Source: a virus
Lineage: Duplodnaviria > Caudoviricetes
Direction: 5' to 3' (one strand)
DNA: 64,000 bases
Virus record (IMG/VR): IMGVR_UViG_3300032053_000004
Location: 128,001 to 192,000 of that record
The notes beneath the pieces were generated by a model. It was not told where the DNA came from. It saw only the letters and a list, made by a program, of their open reading frames with translations, and made no database searches. Of the stretch, positions 47,007 through 57,721 are shown piece after piece (within the stretch, counting starts at the first letter, position 1; each line of letters starts with the position of its first letter). The translations under genes were made by a program, and so were the position numbers.

Positions 47007-50000
47007 TGGCTAATAAAACCTCATTTGATACTACAATTGATATCGGGGCCAAAGGCGTAGACGAAGCAGTTAAAAAGCTAAAACACCTATATAAAGAAGC
47101 AAATAAAGTATCCCAGGGTTGGAAACAAGCTTCTAAATTTTCCCAGGTCCATATTGATGAAATAGATAATTTAAGCACTGTCATGGGGAAATTCACTGGA
47201 AAACTATCTAGTGAAGCTAAGAAGAGTGTTGAAGGATTGAAAAATCTTTCTGACCAATTAAAGGATGCTAAATCCGACGCCGAGGCTTTATCGCAAATCG
47301 CGGCTTCAGCTGGTAAAAAAGGAGATACAGGGATACAGGCGGAAGCTCAATCTAAATTAAATGAAGTCATAAAATCAATTGGTGGCTTAAACTCTCAAAT
47401 TAAAAAACAACTCGCAGACCAAAAAGCTTATGGGAAAGAAATATATAAAACAACAGAAGCTCAAAAGAATATGAGAGAAGGGTTTGAAAAATTCCATAAA
47501 GTCAAGCCCGGGGAAGCTGCTAAAGACTTTTTTGAGAATTTAAAATCGGGAAGAAAAGGAATTGGAGGGGCTGTTTCGGCTGCTGGTAGAGGTATAGCTG
47601 GCGGGATATCCCGTAAAGGTCTTGGACAGATGGAAGCGGGGAAAGGTTTAAGTTTTCTACCGAATATTCTTGGGAAAATTACTGTTGCTATGGGAGCGCT
47701 TACTGGAGCGTTTGCCGGAATAAGTGCCGTATTCAAATTAATATCTGCAGCTTCAGACCATATGACTGGTTTAAATAAAACACTAATGGACGGTCAAGGG
47801 TTTGCTCAGGATTTTACTTCTTCTGCTAAAGACTATATGGGGGCGGTTGATGATATTAGAGGTGCTTCCATCAATGCTGCCAAGTCTCTTTTACCTCTTG
47901 GAGTAAATTCAAAACAAACTTTAGAAATAATCAGTGAATATTCGAAAAATGCGACCGGTTCTTTAATGAAAACGAGAGACCAACTCGCAAATTTAGGAGG
48001 CGGAGATCTTGACGTTGGGGCTGCAACTTTTGCTAAAAATGCTACGATCTATGGAAAAGCCCTTGGTATGGAGGCTAAAGATGTAGCCGCAACTATGGGC
48101 AAATTTACAAGTGAAATGGGATATGGAGCTGGACAAACTCAAGAACTCATGAGCAACGTTGTTCAAGCTGCTAGAACAGCTAATATGCCCATGAGCAAAT
48201 TTATGGGCATATTTAGTGCTGTCATACCAGATGTTGAGCTCTATCAAAATAGATTAGAAGAATTAACAGGAACAATAAAAATGCTTTCTTCTACTATGGA
48301 TCCTAAACATGTCCAAAAATTCATGGAATCTTTCGGCAAAGGATTTGGTGACCAAGATTTTGATAGTCGAATTAGAACCATGTTAATTGTCGGAGAAGAA
48401 AAAATGGGCAGCATGCTGTCGGCTGATTTTGAGTCAAAAATTGACTCAATGGCTGATGGTCTTAAAGAGGTAGGTCTTGGGGACGATTTAAGGGATGCCT
48501 TTAAATCCAACGATCTTAAAAAATTTCAAGATGTTATGATACAAGCTAGAGCTAGCAATAAAGTTACTGCAGCTCAAATAGGTGATATGAGTCAGTTATT
48601 TTCAAGTTCTCAAGATTTGAAATCTGGGGATAAAACTCGAATGGCCTCAGCTATGAAATCTGGTGGTATGTCTGTACAACTTGATTCTTTTGTTGAAGAA
48701 ATAAAAAATTTAGATAAAACAGGTAAAGCTTTTTCTGAGACGGGTGAAATAACTGGAATAGGAGAAGCAATTGCAAGAAAAATGCCGGGGATGGATGACA
48801 GTAAATTAAAATTAATGAATGAATACTTAAGAAATATTAGCATGTATCAAACGAGTCTCAGTAAATATGGAACAACTGGTAGCAAAACTTCAGACGCTGC
48901 TCTTCGTAAATTAATAGCTAAGGATTTAAAGAACCCGGATGGAACGAGCAAAGACCCTTCTTTAGTAACTTTAAAAGAAATGGCTGGAGCAAGCCAGACA
49001 CAGATAAAAAAATCAATGGAAGATTCTAATAAGGATAAAGAATCCGCACAAACTATGGAAGATCACGCTGTTGCATCTACTAACGCCACATTATCTATCG
49101 GTGATAGAATTGAAAATTATATCGGTTATTTGCTTGAAAAAATATACGACGTTGTTTTTAAAATTTTCGGCTCTTTAGATGCGATATGGAATTGGACTAT
49201 TGGTGGTCAAGATCAAAAAGCTACAATAAAATCTATTAATAGTATGTCGTCTAAACTTCAAAGTGACTATGGTGGAAGTCCAGAATTGGTAGCGCAGTTT
49301 CAGTTATCTTCAGAAGCTATAACAAAAGCTGTTTCGGCAGGGAAAACAAAAGAAGACTTAGCAAAATCATTTTTAAGGTCTAATGCAGTCGATATAAATC
49401 CTGATTCTGCAAAAAACATGGGTGAAGCTTTTGCTAGTTTGGTGAAACAAAATGGAGGAGCATTCGGTCTTACTGATAGTGCTAAAGAAGCTAATTTAGC
49501 TACAGCACAGAAACAGTTTGAAGACGCTGCCTCTTCAGGTAATAAAGACAAAATGGCAAGTATGATTTATAATTTGGAAGGATCTATTCATCAATTTACG
49601 AATGATTTATCTCCCGAAGCTCTGAGCAAAAATTTAATGCAATTTTCTCAAAATCTCGCTACCAAGAAAGATGCCGCCGGTAATTTAACTGGCATATCTA
49701 AAGCTGCTAGTGAATCAAGAAAATATGAAAGAAGTGCAAAACTTAAAGATACACATTTTACTCCAGATCAAATGCCTTCTAAAGAAGGGGAAGACAGGGT
49801 TAGTAATCTAAACGAAAGACGAAAAGCTATGGAGTCTGGAGGGGAATCTATGGCTGAAAAATTTGAAGATGCTGCAAGTGGAGCTTCAGATAAAATCGTC
49901 GCGGTGGCGGCGCGGGCGGAGGGCGGGCGGGCGGCTGCTGCTAGTCCTGCCAGCGTCGCGGCGGCTGCTAGTCCTGCTAGTCCTGTCAGCGCGGCAGCTG

Positions 50001-50626
50001 CTGCCAGTCCTACTGTCAAAGCTATTTCAGATCAATCCGATGTGTTAGGTGATTCCTTAACTAGTGTGGGAAAACTGATCTTTGGTTCTTTAGCGGACAA
50101 GGAAGCAGTGTCAGAAGATGGAGCTAATTGGGTAAAAACTAAACTCGCAAAAACTGAAGAAAACGCGTTTGCAGATGCTTTAAATGGGAACGAATTTAAA
50201 AACACACTAAAGTCAGCAACTTTAGACTCTTTTAGAACGGCTTTACTTGAATTCGCTGTGATCCAAGCAAAAATGGAGACTAACTCCTCGTACAAACAAT
50301 CTCTCGCCACCAGCGGGTCTAGTATTCAAGCAAGCGGTGGAACTTTATCTGATTTTAGTAAACTTAGTTCTGCAGAATTAGAAAAATGGAAATCAGATAA
50401 TGTATTAGGAAGTTTTCAATCAGGAGGTGATATAGATCAAACTGGGTTATATAATCTTCATCAAGGAGAACGTGTTATCCCCCCAGGTGGAAGTGGAGGG
50501 ACTACCGGCGGCGGTGGTCCCATGAATGTCACCATAAATATTAATGGAACGAGTTTGGATGAAAGTCAATTGAAACGCGCCACACTTTTTGCTATGGATG
50601 AATATCATAGGAAACACACCCATTGA
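47006..50626 (+). CDS. Tape measure protein
   Basis: 1206 aa, helical, A/G/S/K-rich. C-terminal FQSGG....TGLY.LHQGERVIP motif typical of TMPs. Canonical position. Confidence 0.88.
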   Translation: MANKTSFDTTIDIGAKGVDEAVKKLKHLYKEANKVSQGWKQASKFSQVHIDEIDNLSTVMGKFTGKLSSEAKKSVEGLKNLSDQLKDAKSDAEALSQIAASAGKKGDTGIQAEAQSKLNEVIKSIGGLNSQIKKQLADQKAYGKEIYKTTEAQKNMREGFEKFHKVKPGEAAKDFFENLKSGRKGIGGAVSAAGRGIAGGISRKGLGQMEAGKGLSFLPNILGKITVAMGALTGAFAGISAVFKLISAASDHMTGLNKTLMDGQGFAQDFTSSAKDYMGAVDDIRGASINAAKSLLPLGVNSKQTLEIISEYSKNATGSLMKTRDQLANLGGGDLDVGAATFAKNATIYGKALGMEAKDVAATMGKFTSEMGYGAGQTQELMSNVVQAARTANMPMSKFMGIFSAVIPDVELYQNRLEELTGTIKMLSSTMDPKHVQKFMESFGKGFGDQDFDSRIRTMLIVGEEKMGSMLSADFESKIDSMADGLKEVGLGDDLRDAFKSNDLKKFQDVMIQARASNKVTAAQIGDMSQLFSSSQDLKSGDKTRMASAMKSGGMSVQLDSFVEEIKNLDKTGKAFSETGEITGIGEAIARKMPGMDDSKLKLMNEYLRNISMYQTSLSKYGTTGSKTSDAALRKLIAKDLKNPDGTSKDPSLVTLKEMAGASQTQIKKSMEDSNKDKESAQTMEDHAVASTNATLSIGDRIENYIGYLLEKIYDVVFKIFGSLDAIWNWTIGGQDQKATIKSINSMSSKLQSDYGGSPELVAQFQLSSEAITKAVSAGKTKEDLAKSFLRSNAVDINPDSAKNMGEAFASLVKQNGGAFGLTDSAKEANLATAQKQFEDAASSGNKDKMASMIYNLEGSIHQFTNDLSPEALSKNLMQFSQNLATKKDAAGNLTGISKAASESRKYERSAKLKDTHFTPDQMPSKEGEDRVSNLNERRKAMESGGESMAEKFEDAASGASDKIVAVAARAEGGRAAAASPASVAAAASPASPVSAAAAASPTVKAISDQSDVLGDSLTSVGKLIFGSLADKEAVSEDGANWVKTKLAKTEENAFADALNGNEFKNTLKSATLDSFRTALLEFAVIQAKMETNSSYKQSLATSGSSIQASGGTLSDFSKLSSAELEKWKSDNVLGSFQSGGDIDQTGLYNLHQGERVIPPGGSGGTTGGGGPMNVTININGTSLDESQLKRATLFAMDEYHRKHTH

Positions 50627-50633
50627 GTAAGTT

Positions 50634-51560
50634 ATGGCAAACGTAACGATCCCATATAATCCAAATCCTAAGAAGGACGAGTTTGGGCTTTGGTCTCAAA
50701 AACGTGGTCGTCCGTTTTTGTTTCAGATCAATAGTCCTAATGGACACCCATTATTTAATAATCTTCTAGCTTTGCATACGAATCCGGCTAGCATTACAGA
50801 AAGTATGACTAAAAGCAAAAATGTAGTCATGACTTACGGAGGATTTGTTGAATTTATGTGGCCTGATGAGTTGGATTCAGTTTCAGCCAATCATTCTACT
50901 GGTGCATTTTTAGGGCCTGATGGTCTTGTTAGAGGAAGTGACGGTCTTTCGTCCCCAGACCAATCGTCTCCAGACGCTAAGAAAACAATAGCTTGGGAAC
51001 GTTATCAGGATCTACTTGATTTATTCCATAACAATGGAAATGTTTATGATGGTTCCGGAAAACCTGTTTTACGCGGACAGGTTTTAATGACTTATGACAG
51101 GGGTGTATTTCAAGGATATTTTACTACTTTTACTGTTTCAGAAACTGATGAAATGCCGTTTACTATGAATTTAAGTTGGGAATTCAAAATAGAAAAAGTT
51201 ATTTATAAATTCCCATCTTCAAGCATTCTCAATAAGGCCTCCAGTACAAACGTTCCCATTGATAAAATTCCGAGGCCAATTGCTAAAGCTCAGAGCCAAA
51301 CTACACAGACAGAAAGAGATGTAAAACAAGCTACATCCGGTGGTGGGGGGAATGCACAAACTGGAGGAGGACAGATTGCTGCTGTAGAAACACCTGCATC
51401 AAAACCGGTTTCCCCTAACGGATCTTCCACGTCTGGAGGTGGTGGAGGAGCTCCTGGCGGAAGTCCTGCTCCATCTGCCAATCCACGAAGTTTGGCTTCT
51501 GGTGTTATAACTTTGCCAAATGGACAAGTTGTTGACTCCGAAACTGGACAACCAATCTAA
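50634..51560 (+). CDS. Baseplate tube-initiator-like protein
   Basis: LALHTNP.SITESMTK.K, and F.GYF.TFTV.E.DEMPF...LSWEFKIE tube-fold pattern. Follows the TMP gene. Confidence 0.65.
   Translation: MANVTIPYNPNPKKDEFGLWSQKRGRPFLFQINSPNGHPLFNNLLALHTNPASITESMTKSKNVVMTYGGFVEFMWPDELDSVSANHSTGAFLGPDGLVRGSDGLSSPDQSSPDAKKTIAWERYQDLLDLFHNNGNVYDGSGKPVLRGQVLMTYDRGVFQGYFTTFTVSETDEMPFTMNLSWEFKIEKVIYKFPSSSILNKASSTNVPIDKIPRPIAKAQSQTTQTERDVKQATSGGGGNAQTGGGQIAAVETPASKPVSPNGSSTSGGGGGAPGGSPAPSANPRSLASGVITLPNGQVVDSETGQPI
51483..51558 (+). repeat. 76-bp direct repeat, copy 1
   Basis: 74/76 identical to 53513-53588. Confidence 0.95.
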
Positions 51561-53599
51561 TGGCAACTTCCGGTATTTTTGCTAAACTTCAGAAAGCTAT
51601 GGAATCAATAATTCCACAACTTTCTCAAGTCGATAGTCAAACGAATTTGAATTACACCTCTGATAATTCAGAACTGTTCGGTTCAATATCAGGAGCAAAA
51701 ACACCGTCAAAACCATTTATAATTGGATTTCTTCCTCCTGATTTGAATTTATTGAATTTCATACCCACAGAAAAAGCTGAATCGATTGTAGTTCCCACTC
51801 CTCCACAAAATCCTCCTACCACTCCCGCGTCTCCGTCTTTAACTACCCCACCCCCGGTTCCGGTTTCCAATCCAACCAAAATTGGAACCAATAAACTAAC
51901 TTTAGGTCCTCCTGAAGAAATCACAAAAGCACATAAAACTGTTACTGCAGCTGATATGAGACAAGCTCTATATGAATCATATAAAAAAATGACAGATCCG
52001 CCACAAGAACCTAGTGAAGAAACTTTAGCTTTAATGTGGTCTCAAGTCGGGTGCGAAACAGGATTTACTCCTAAGAATAAAAGGGGCCCGGCTCGATTTT
52101 TAGTTCCTAATTACAATATAGGAGAACTTCTTGCTTCTACAAAACAAGGGAAATTAAATAACCCGTGTGGTTCAGGTCCTTTCGGGCAAACACAACCACC
52201 TTTAAATGGTAATATAGGAACTCCTCCTACTCCTCCTAAAGCTGGAAAGTATTTCATTACCGCTGGTGCTTACGTAAGCACCAGCGGTAAATGCAGAGGA
52301 GCTAATGGGGATGTTGAGTGTGGCGACGCCGGAAAACAACATAGTTGTTGGGAACCCATATATAATCAAGGTTTTTCTAATATTAATGAAGGCACCGATT
52401 TCTTTATTAAAAGAGTTTTAAACAAATGGCCTGGAGTAGCTACAGCTAAAACTCCAGAAGAATATAACGCGGCTATCATGCCCGGTTATCCCCCTGGGTC
52501 TTATCATGATCCTAAAATAAATGCAAAATATATAAGAAGATTGAAAGAGAAGTTAGGAGCATATCAAAATTTATTTGGAAATCTTCCTGTCGGAGACCCA
52601 AAAGCTCCTACAGGGAATCCGAATACAACAGCAGGCAAAGAGCCGGTTGTTGAAAATGTTATAGCAAGTTTTTCTGGCGGTTTGACTGTTGAAAATGATA
52701 CAGATCCGAACATTAATTTTGGAAGAAATTTAGTAGCTTCAGAAAAAAGAAAGCCTGTAGTAGACGCACAGGTTAGAGCTCTTAGAGAGCAACTTAAATT
52801 ATACCGCGACATGCCACCTTTAATTCTTCTCATAAACCCGAAAGAATTTAACAGAACTTATGAGAAATCAGTAGATGACGGGAATAAAGGTAGGCAGAGA
52901 AATATTGCTCATCTTTGGTTAGAAAGACCGTTATCGATTTCGAGTAGTGGAGTTACAGCAGCTCAATATGTCGTCAATCCTTCGAATGGAAATGGAGGTC
53001 TTAACCACCACAATAGAATATTCAGTTTAAGTTATCAAAATTTAATGTCGTTGGTTCTTACTTATAGAAATAATGGTTTATCTTTCACAGGAGCTGAGAG
53101 TTCCAGTTATAATCAAGGTATACCAACTGTTCCGATGAGTCTTTACATATATTATGATCAACATATGTATATAGGATCTTTCGATAATTTTGAAGTAACA
53201 GACAGCGGAGATAAACCTTTTAATCTAGAATATTCATTTAAATTTACTGTTCGTTATGATTTTCCAGTTTTATCTGATGATGGATCTGGAAGCATCCCTA
53301 GTGTTATTAGTTCTATCTCTCAACGTCCTCCCAAAGTATCTAACGTTGACTTAACTCCAGATTTTGTTCGAGTTCCTCCTGAAGATTCTCAAGAACTTCC
53401 TACTTCAACTGAACAAGTTCAAGCTGAAGTTCATTCTGATGTCCCAGGTAAAACAGTTTTACTCCCCCCATCAACTTCTGGTGGATCGCCAACAGTTGCG
53501 AAATCGGTAAACCCACGAAGTTTGGCTTCTGGTGTTATAACTTTGCCAAATGGACAAGTTGTTGATTCTGAAACTGGACAACCAATCTCAGGTTTATAA
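51560..53599 (+). CDS. Second tube-initiator-like baseplate protein with inserted GH73/lysozyme-like domain
   Basis: C-terminal LLINPKEF.RTYEK...YIGSFDNFEVTD..DKPF.LEYSFKF parallels the upstream gene. N-terminal SQVGCETGF..NYNIG...GY...DP...Y.RRL. Confidence 0.65.
   Translation: MATSGIFAKLQKAMESIIPQLSQVDSQTNLNYTSDNSELFGSISGAKTPSKPFIIGFLPPDLNLLNFIPTEKAESIVVPTPPQNPPTTPASPSLTTPPPVPVSNPTKIGTNKLTLGPPEEITKAHKTVTAADMRQALYESYKKMTDPPQEPSEETLALMWSQVGCETGFTPKNKRGPARFLVPNYNIGELLASTKQGKLNNPCGSGPFGQTQPPLNGNIGTPPTPPKAGKYFITAGAYVSTSGKCRGANGDVECGDAGKQHSCWEPIYNQGFSNINEGTDFFIKRVLNKWPGVATAKTPEEYNAAIMPGYPPGSYHDPKINAKYIRRLKEKLGAYQNLFGNLPVGDPKAPTGNPNTTAGKEPVVENVIASFSGGLTVENDTDPNINFGRNLVASEKRKPVVDAQVRALREQLKLYRDMPPLILLINPKEFNRTYEKSVDDGNKGRQRNIAHLWLERPLSISSSGVTAAQYVVNPSNGNGGLNHHNRIFSLSYQNLMSLVLTYRNNGLSFTGAESSSYNQGIPTVPMSLYIYYDQHMYIGSFDNFEVTDSGDKPFNLEYSFKFTVRYDFPVLSDDGSGSIPSVISSISQRPPKVSNVDLTPDFVRVPPEDSQELPTSTEQVQAEVHSDVPGKTVLLPPSTSGGSPTVAKSVNPRSLASGVITLPNGQVVDSETGQPISGL
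53513..53588 (+). repeat. 76-bp direct repeat, copy 2
   Basis: 74/76 identical to 51483-51558; both differences are synonymous (GAC TCC vs GAT TCT). Confidence 0.95.
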
Positions 53600-53601
53600 A
53601 A

Positions 53602-56600
53602 ATGCCTAGAGTTTCTGCATTTCGTGGTAATTTCATTCCCAATGCTCGTCCATTCGTGACGCTAGCTCCTGACGCATTTGTTTCTATTCAAGGAGAAACT
53701 ACAGTTATTGGGTGTGGTGAGTGTCGTCGTGAAATCAATATAAATCAATATTTAACAGGTGTTTCAACTGAAGCTTCGGTTGATTCTCCTCCTGGAAGTG
53801 CCAGTTTCAATCTTTCTATTCCTGATACTGACATAAATAATTTTTATGTAGACGATCAACTTCTCATCATTCCAATGATGGAAGTTGAGATTTATGCGAA
53901 AGGTTATTATACGATCGGCGGTTTCCCTCAGTATTACAGAATTTTTTGGGGTTTAGTTTCTACTGTTACAAAATCGTGGAGCAATGGAGTAACAACTGTA
54001 TCTATTTCTTGTAAAGACATACTTCGTTGGTGGGAATTAACACAGGTAAATATAAACGCAGCTTGGATGAACCCTTTTGGTAGTTCTACTGGCCAAATAT
54101 CATTTTGGGGGAATCAGTTTGCTGGAGCAAATCCAACAACTGTCATAATTGCCTTAGCTCGTGATGCGATGGGAGATTTTTCCCATCAAACCGGGTCTTT
54201 TCAACAGTTTTTACCAGAACAAGGACCTGAAGGAGCGGTTCTCGCTGGCTACGGAAAAGACATAATGGCCTACTGGCAATTAAAATTTGCCAATATATGG
54301 AATAATTTAGTTGTGTATGGAACTTCAGGGAAAGCCTACACCTTTACTTCTGATCCGTCTCAAGTTTCTCCGTATGATGTATCACAAAAAATATTTGAAC
54401 AAGAGTCTGATATCCTTCATTTCAATAAAGCTACTGAAATGTTTAAGACTCAACCAAGCGAAGTGGCAGTAGCTAAATTTGATTTAAGTAAAGCTCCGGA
54501 TTTCGTTTTGTTTGAAGCAGAACAAAGAAGTAAATTATCGATAGCAACTGATGCTCGAGATCAAGTCGGGTTTGAATTTTATTGTGATACAACAGGAGAT
54601 ATCATTTTTAAACCTCCATTTTATAATTTAAACGTTATCCCGAATAAACCTGTTTCTTGGATCAATGATTTTGAAATAATGGAGGATAGTATAACTGATT
54701 CTGAAGCTGAAGTTTATACTCACATAACGTCGAGTGGAAATGCTTTTGGTGGACTAATGGACGTTGGAGCTAGTGATGAAATCACTACTCAAAGAACTGG
54801 TGCCATTGACTACCATTTACTTCGTCGTTATGGTTGGAGAAGGCTTGATAAACAAGTTGAATGGGCCGCTAATGCTAAAAAATTATATTTTTTCTTACTC
54901 GATTTCTTAGACCGTACAAACGCAAAACGTCAAAATGGGACTGTAACTATCCCAATGCGACCGGAAATCCGTATGGGTTTTCCTGTTTGGATCCCGAAGT
55001 ATGACTCCTTTTTCTATGTTCAAGCGGTTTCCCATAACTTTTCAATAGGTGGGCAAGCCACGACCACTCTTACTCTTACAGCTAAAAGAAGTAAGTTCAT
55101 AGCTCCGAAGAACATAGGAAAAATCACAAGGTCAGCTGGAACCGGTGTTTTAGAACAAGAAGCGGTTGATGGAAAAGTTAGACAAACAACTGTTGATACT
55201 TATATTGTAGAATTTCCCGATAATGCAGGAAATTCTTCGGGCATCGTAAATGACCCTGACCCTCAAAAAGCTCAATTTAGTGAAGGAGCAATCATTCGTA
55301 ATCCTAAGACAGGAAAAATTTTAGGTTTTCCTAATGCGGTAATGGTTTTTCGTGCTGCGTTAGACGGCCAGCTGCTTACCAACGTTCAAACTCAAGCAGG
55401 TTATTCTTCGTCTCATCAAGGAGCAGAAAAAGCCACAAAAACAGCAATGAATCAAAAATATGATCATGATAATATGATCAAAGATAATTTAACTATAACT
55501 CAACTGGCAAGAAAACAAGAAGTTATAAATCGTCTTCGATCACACAGGTATGAAGCTGCCATAAGTAATGCTGGGGCTTATGATTATGCTTGGGATACAA
55601 AAGGAGATTTTAAAGAAATTACGATAATTCCGACAAATTCCATCAAATGGGGGCCGGGAACGATTCCTCCTAAAGGAACCGTTGATAGTGGTTCTGAACA
55701 AGATGTAAAAAATAAACAACAGGCAATAGATGAACAAATTTCAATCACTATTGCAAAACTAAAAACAGCACAAGACGCTTTCGTTGCAGCTAACGAAGTT
55801 CTTAAAGCTGCTCAAGAAAAACTATCTAAGGAGCCTAACTCAGAATCCAGCCAAGCTCTTGAAGCTGCTCAAAAAACCGTTACAATAGCAAGTCAAAATT
55901 TAGATGATACTAAAACAGAATTGTCCTCTATACAAAAAGGTTCTGGTAGTCCTCAGTCGCTTACAGATCTTAATGTAATGATAAGACCAGTATCCGATGA
56001 ATTTGGATTTGAAGTTATCGGTCATTCTCGGTACGGACGTGGAGCTTATATAGATCTTGGGAAAGTTCAAGTTAAAGATAAGAGTGGTCTCATAGCAAAT
56101 CAACTTGGTATTCAGTTCTCCCAAACTGGTGGTTTTCTTCAAGATTCGATGAATATGACTGCTGGTGTTCAAGGACCGGTGCTTCAGTTTCTTTCTGAAA
56201 CTTTTGATAGAATGAGACCTGATGATTTTCAAACCGGAGCTTCTTTTTCCGGTTCAAGGACCGGAGATAAAGCTACTATTGATGAAGTAAATATTACAAG
56301 TCAACAAACTTATACCGAAAATATGAAACAAAATAAAGGAAAACTTGTTTTTATTGAAGCCGATGCTACTCGTAAAGCCTTGACTTTGGCAGAATTAAGC
56401 CCGACATTAGATCTCGGGGCTCTTTCTGAAGCGACTGTCAATTGTAACTGCGTTCTTAATAAAACAAATTGGCTCTCTATATTCCCTCAATCCGTATTGT
56501 CTAAAATAATTCAAGGAAATAATCCTCAAGTTTTTAAAGATTCGGCTGGATTTTTTGAAACTTTAAATAATTATTTAACTAATAATATTATTTCTAAAAA

Positions 56601-57315
56601 TTACGAAATAAATGCAAAGAGAGAAATGCGTGATGTCAGTGGGACTACCCCAGTCATTGCTCCTTCCAGGTCTATAACACCACGACCATTACAAGCTCCT
56701 GCATTGCAACCGAATTTACGAGCTATTGAATTTTATGATGTTCCTCCTATATCAGGTAGTTCAAATAATATTTTCCCTGATTCTGCCAACCCAATTTTTG
56801 CCCGAGCTTCTCAGGGTGACCCGGAAGCTTTAAAGATTTTACAAAATGATGTTAACCTTAATTTTGGTTTAACTAAAAAGGGTCTTCAAGATTTCAATAA
56901 TAGTTTGTCTGAAGCAAAAATCAAGCTTAATTCATCATTGAGCGATATAACAGGAAGTGGAACAAAATCATCAATTAACGTAACTACTGATAGTCCTTCA
57001 AAACAAGCTTTGAAAGATGCTCAAACTCAGCTTAGTGGAGCTACGTCTCAACTTAATAGAGCAAATCAACTTTTAGCTTCAAATCCAGGCTCTGCTTTTG
57101 CACGCAACGCTGTTAATAAAGCAAAAAATAACGTTTCTTCTATTCAAACTCAGATGGTTATTTTACAAAATAACGTAAATACAGGAACAACCCCTCCACA
57201 GGTGCAACCGACTGGGAATCCTCCAATGGTCGGAGATCTTTTAAATTCAACCAAATTCAGTGCAGCAACTGGCGACGTTTTTGTTCCTAAAATTGGAGAA
57301 AATGGTCCATTTTAG
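53602..57315 (+). CDS. Baseplate hub protein (gp27/gpD-like), 1237 aa
   Basis: GFEFYCDTTGDIIFKPP, G.VTIPMRPEIRMGFPV and FYVQAVSHNFS.GG..TTTLTL hub-type motifs. Lies before the spike gene. Confidence 0.8.
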   Translation: MPRVSAFRGNFIPNARPFVTLAPDAFVSIQGETTVIGCGECRREININQYLTGVSTEASVDSPPGSASFNLSIPDTDINNFYVDDQLLIIPMMEVEIYAKGYYTIGGFPQYYRIFWGLVSTVTKSWSNGVTTVSISCKDILRWWELTQVNINAAWMNPFGSSTGQISFWGNQFAGANPTTVIIALARDAMGDFSHQTGSFQQFLPEQGPEGAVLAGYGKDIMAYWQLKFANIWNNLVVYGTSGKAYTFTSDPSQVSPYDVSQKIFEQESDILHFNKATEMFKTQPSEVAVAKFDLSKAPDFVLFEAEQRSKLSIATDARDQVGFEFYCDTTGDIIFKPPFYNLNVIPNKPVSWINDFEIMEDSITDSEAEVYTHITSSGNAFGGLMDVGASDEITTQRTGAIDYHLLRRYGWRRLDKQVEWAANAKKLYFFLLDFLDRTNAKRQNGTVTIPMRPEIRMGFPVWIPKYDSFFYVQAVSHNFSIGGQATTTLTLTAKRSKFIAPKNIGKITRSAGTGVLEQEAVDGKVRQTTVDTYIVEFPDNAGNSSGIVNDPDPQKAQFSEGAIIRNPKTGKILGFPNAVMVFRAALDGQLLTNVQTQAGYSSSHQGAEKATKTAMNQKYDHDNMIKDNLTITQLARKQEVINRLRSHRYEAAISNAGAYDYAWDTKGDFKEITIIPTNSIKWGPGTIPPKGTVDSGSEQDVKNKQQAIDEQISITIAKLKTAQDAFVAANEVLKAAQEKLSKEPNSESSQALEAAQKTVTIASQNLDDTKTELSSIQKGSGSPQSLTDLNVMIRPVSDEFGFEVIGHSRYGRGAYIDLGKVQVKDKSGLIANQLGIQFSQTGGFLQDSMNMTAGVQGPVLQFLSETFDRMRPDDFQTGASFSGSRTGDKATIDEVNITSQQTYTENMKQNKGKLVFIEADATRKALTLAELSPTLDLGALSEATVNCNCVLNKTNWLSIFPQSVLSKIIQGNNPQVFKDSAGFFETLNNYLTNNIISKNYEINAKREMRDVSGTTPVIAPSRSITPRPLQAPALQPNLRAIEFYDVPPISGSSNNIFPDSANPIFARASQGDPEALKILQNDVNLNFGLTKKGLQDFNNSLSEAKIKLNSSLSDITGSGTKSSINVTTDSPSKQALKDAQTQLSGATSQLNRANQLLASNPGSAFARNAVNKAKNNVSSIQTQMVILQNNVNTGTTPPQVQPTGNPPMVGDLLNSTKFSAATGDVFVPKIGENGPF

Positions 57316-57343
57316 ATTTTAGTCTTTTTCCTTGAAAACAAAA

Positions 57344-57721
57344 CTAAAGATTTGTAACAAGTTTGATGAATTTCGGGTCGCATTTTTTCGGATCTAAAAT
57401 ATAGAGCATAACGCTTTCGACCACCCTATTCGATGGAATGATTATTATCATAGTTTCCATATTTCCACTTTGAGTGTTTAACATATGCTTTATGTTTTTA
57501 ACTAAACAATTTAAAACTACTGTATATATCTTTTCTTCTTTATCAATATTGCAATCTGTTGATTTCAAATTTGAAATATAAGATATTAATTTTTCGTCGG
57601 ATATTGGAAATTCTAAGTATATTCCGTGTCCTTCCCGGATTAAAGATTGGTCTTTAATCTCCCATCTAGCTTTATCTATTATTGTTCCGCCTATAGTCGT
57701 CGTCTGAATTATAGAAGGCAC
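57344..57721 (-). CDS. Hypothetical protein
   Basis: Fills the gap between hub and spike genes; has its own -10-like element. Confidence 0.55.
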   Translation of the reverse strand: MPSIIQTTTIGGTIIDKARWEIKDQSLIREGHGIYLEFPISDEKLISYISNLKSTDCNIDKEEKIYTVVLNCLVKNIKHMLNTQSGNMETMIIIIPSNRVVESVMLYILDPKKCDPKFIKLVTNL

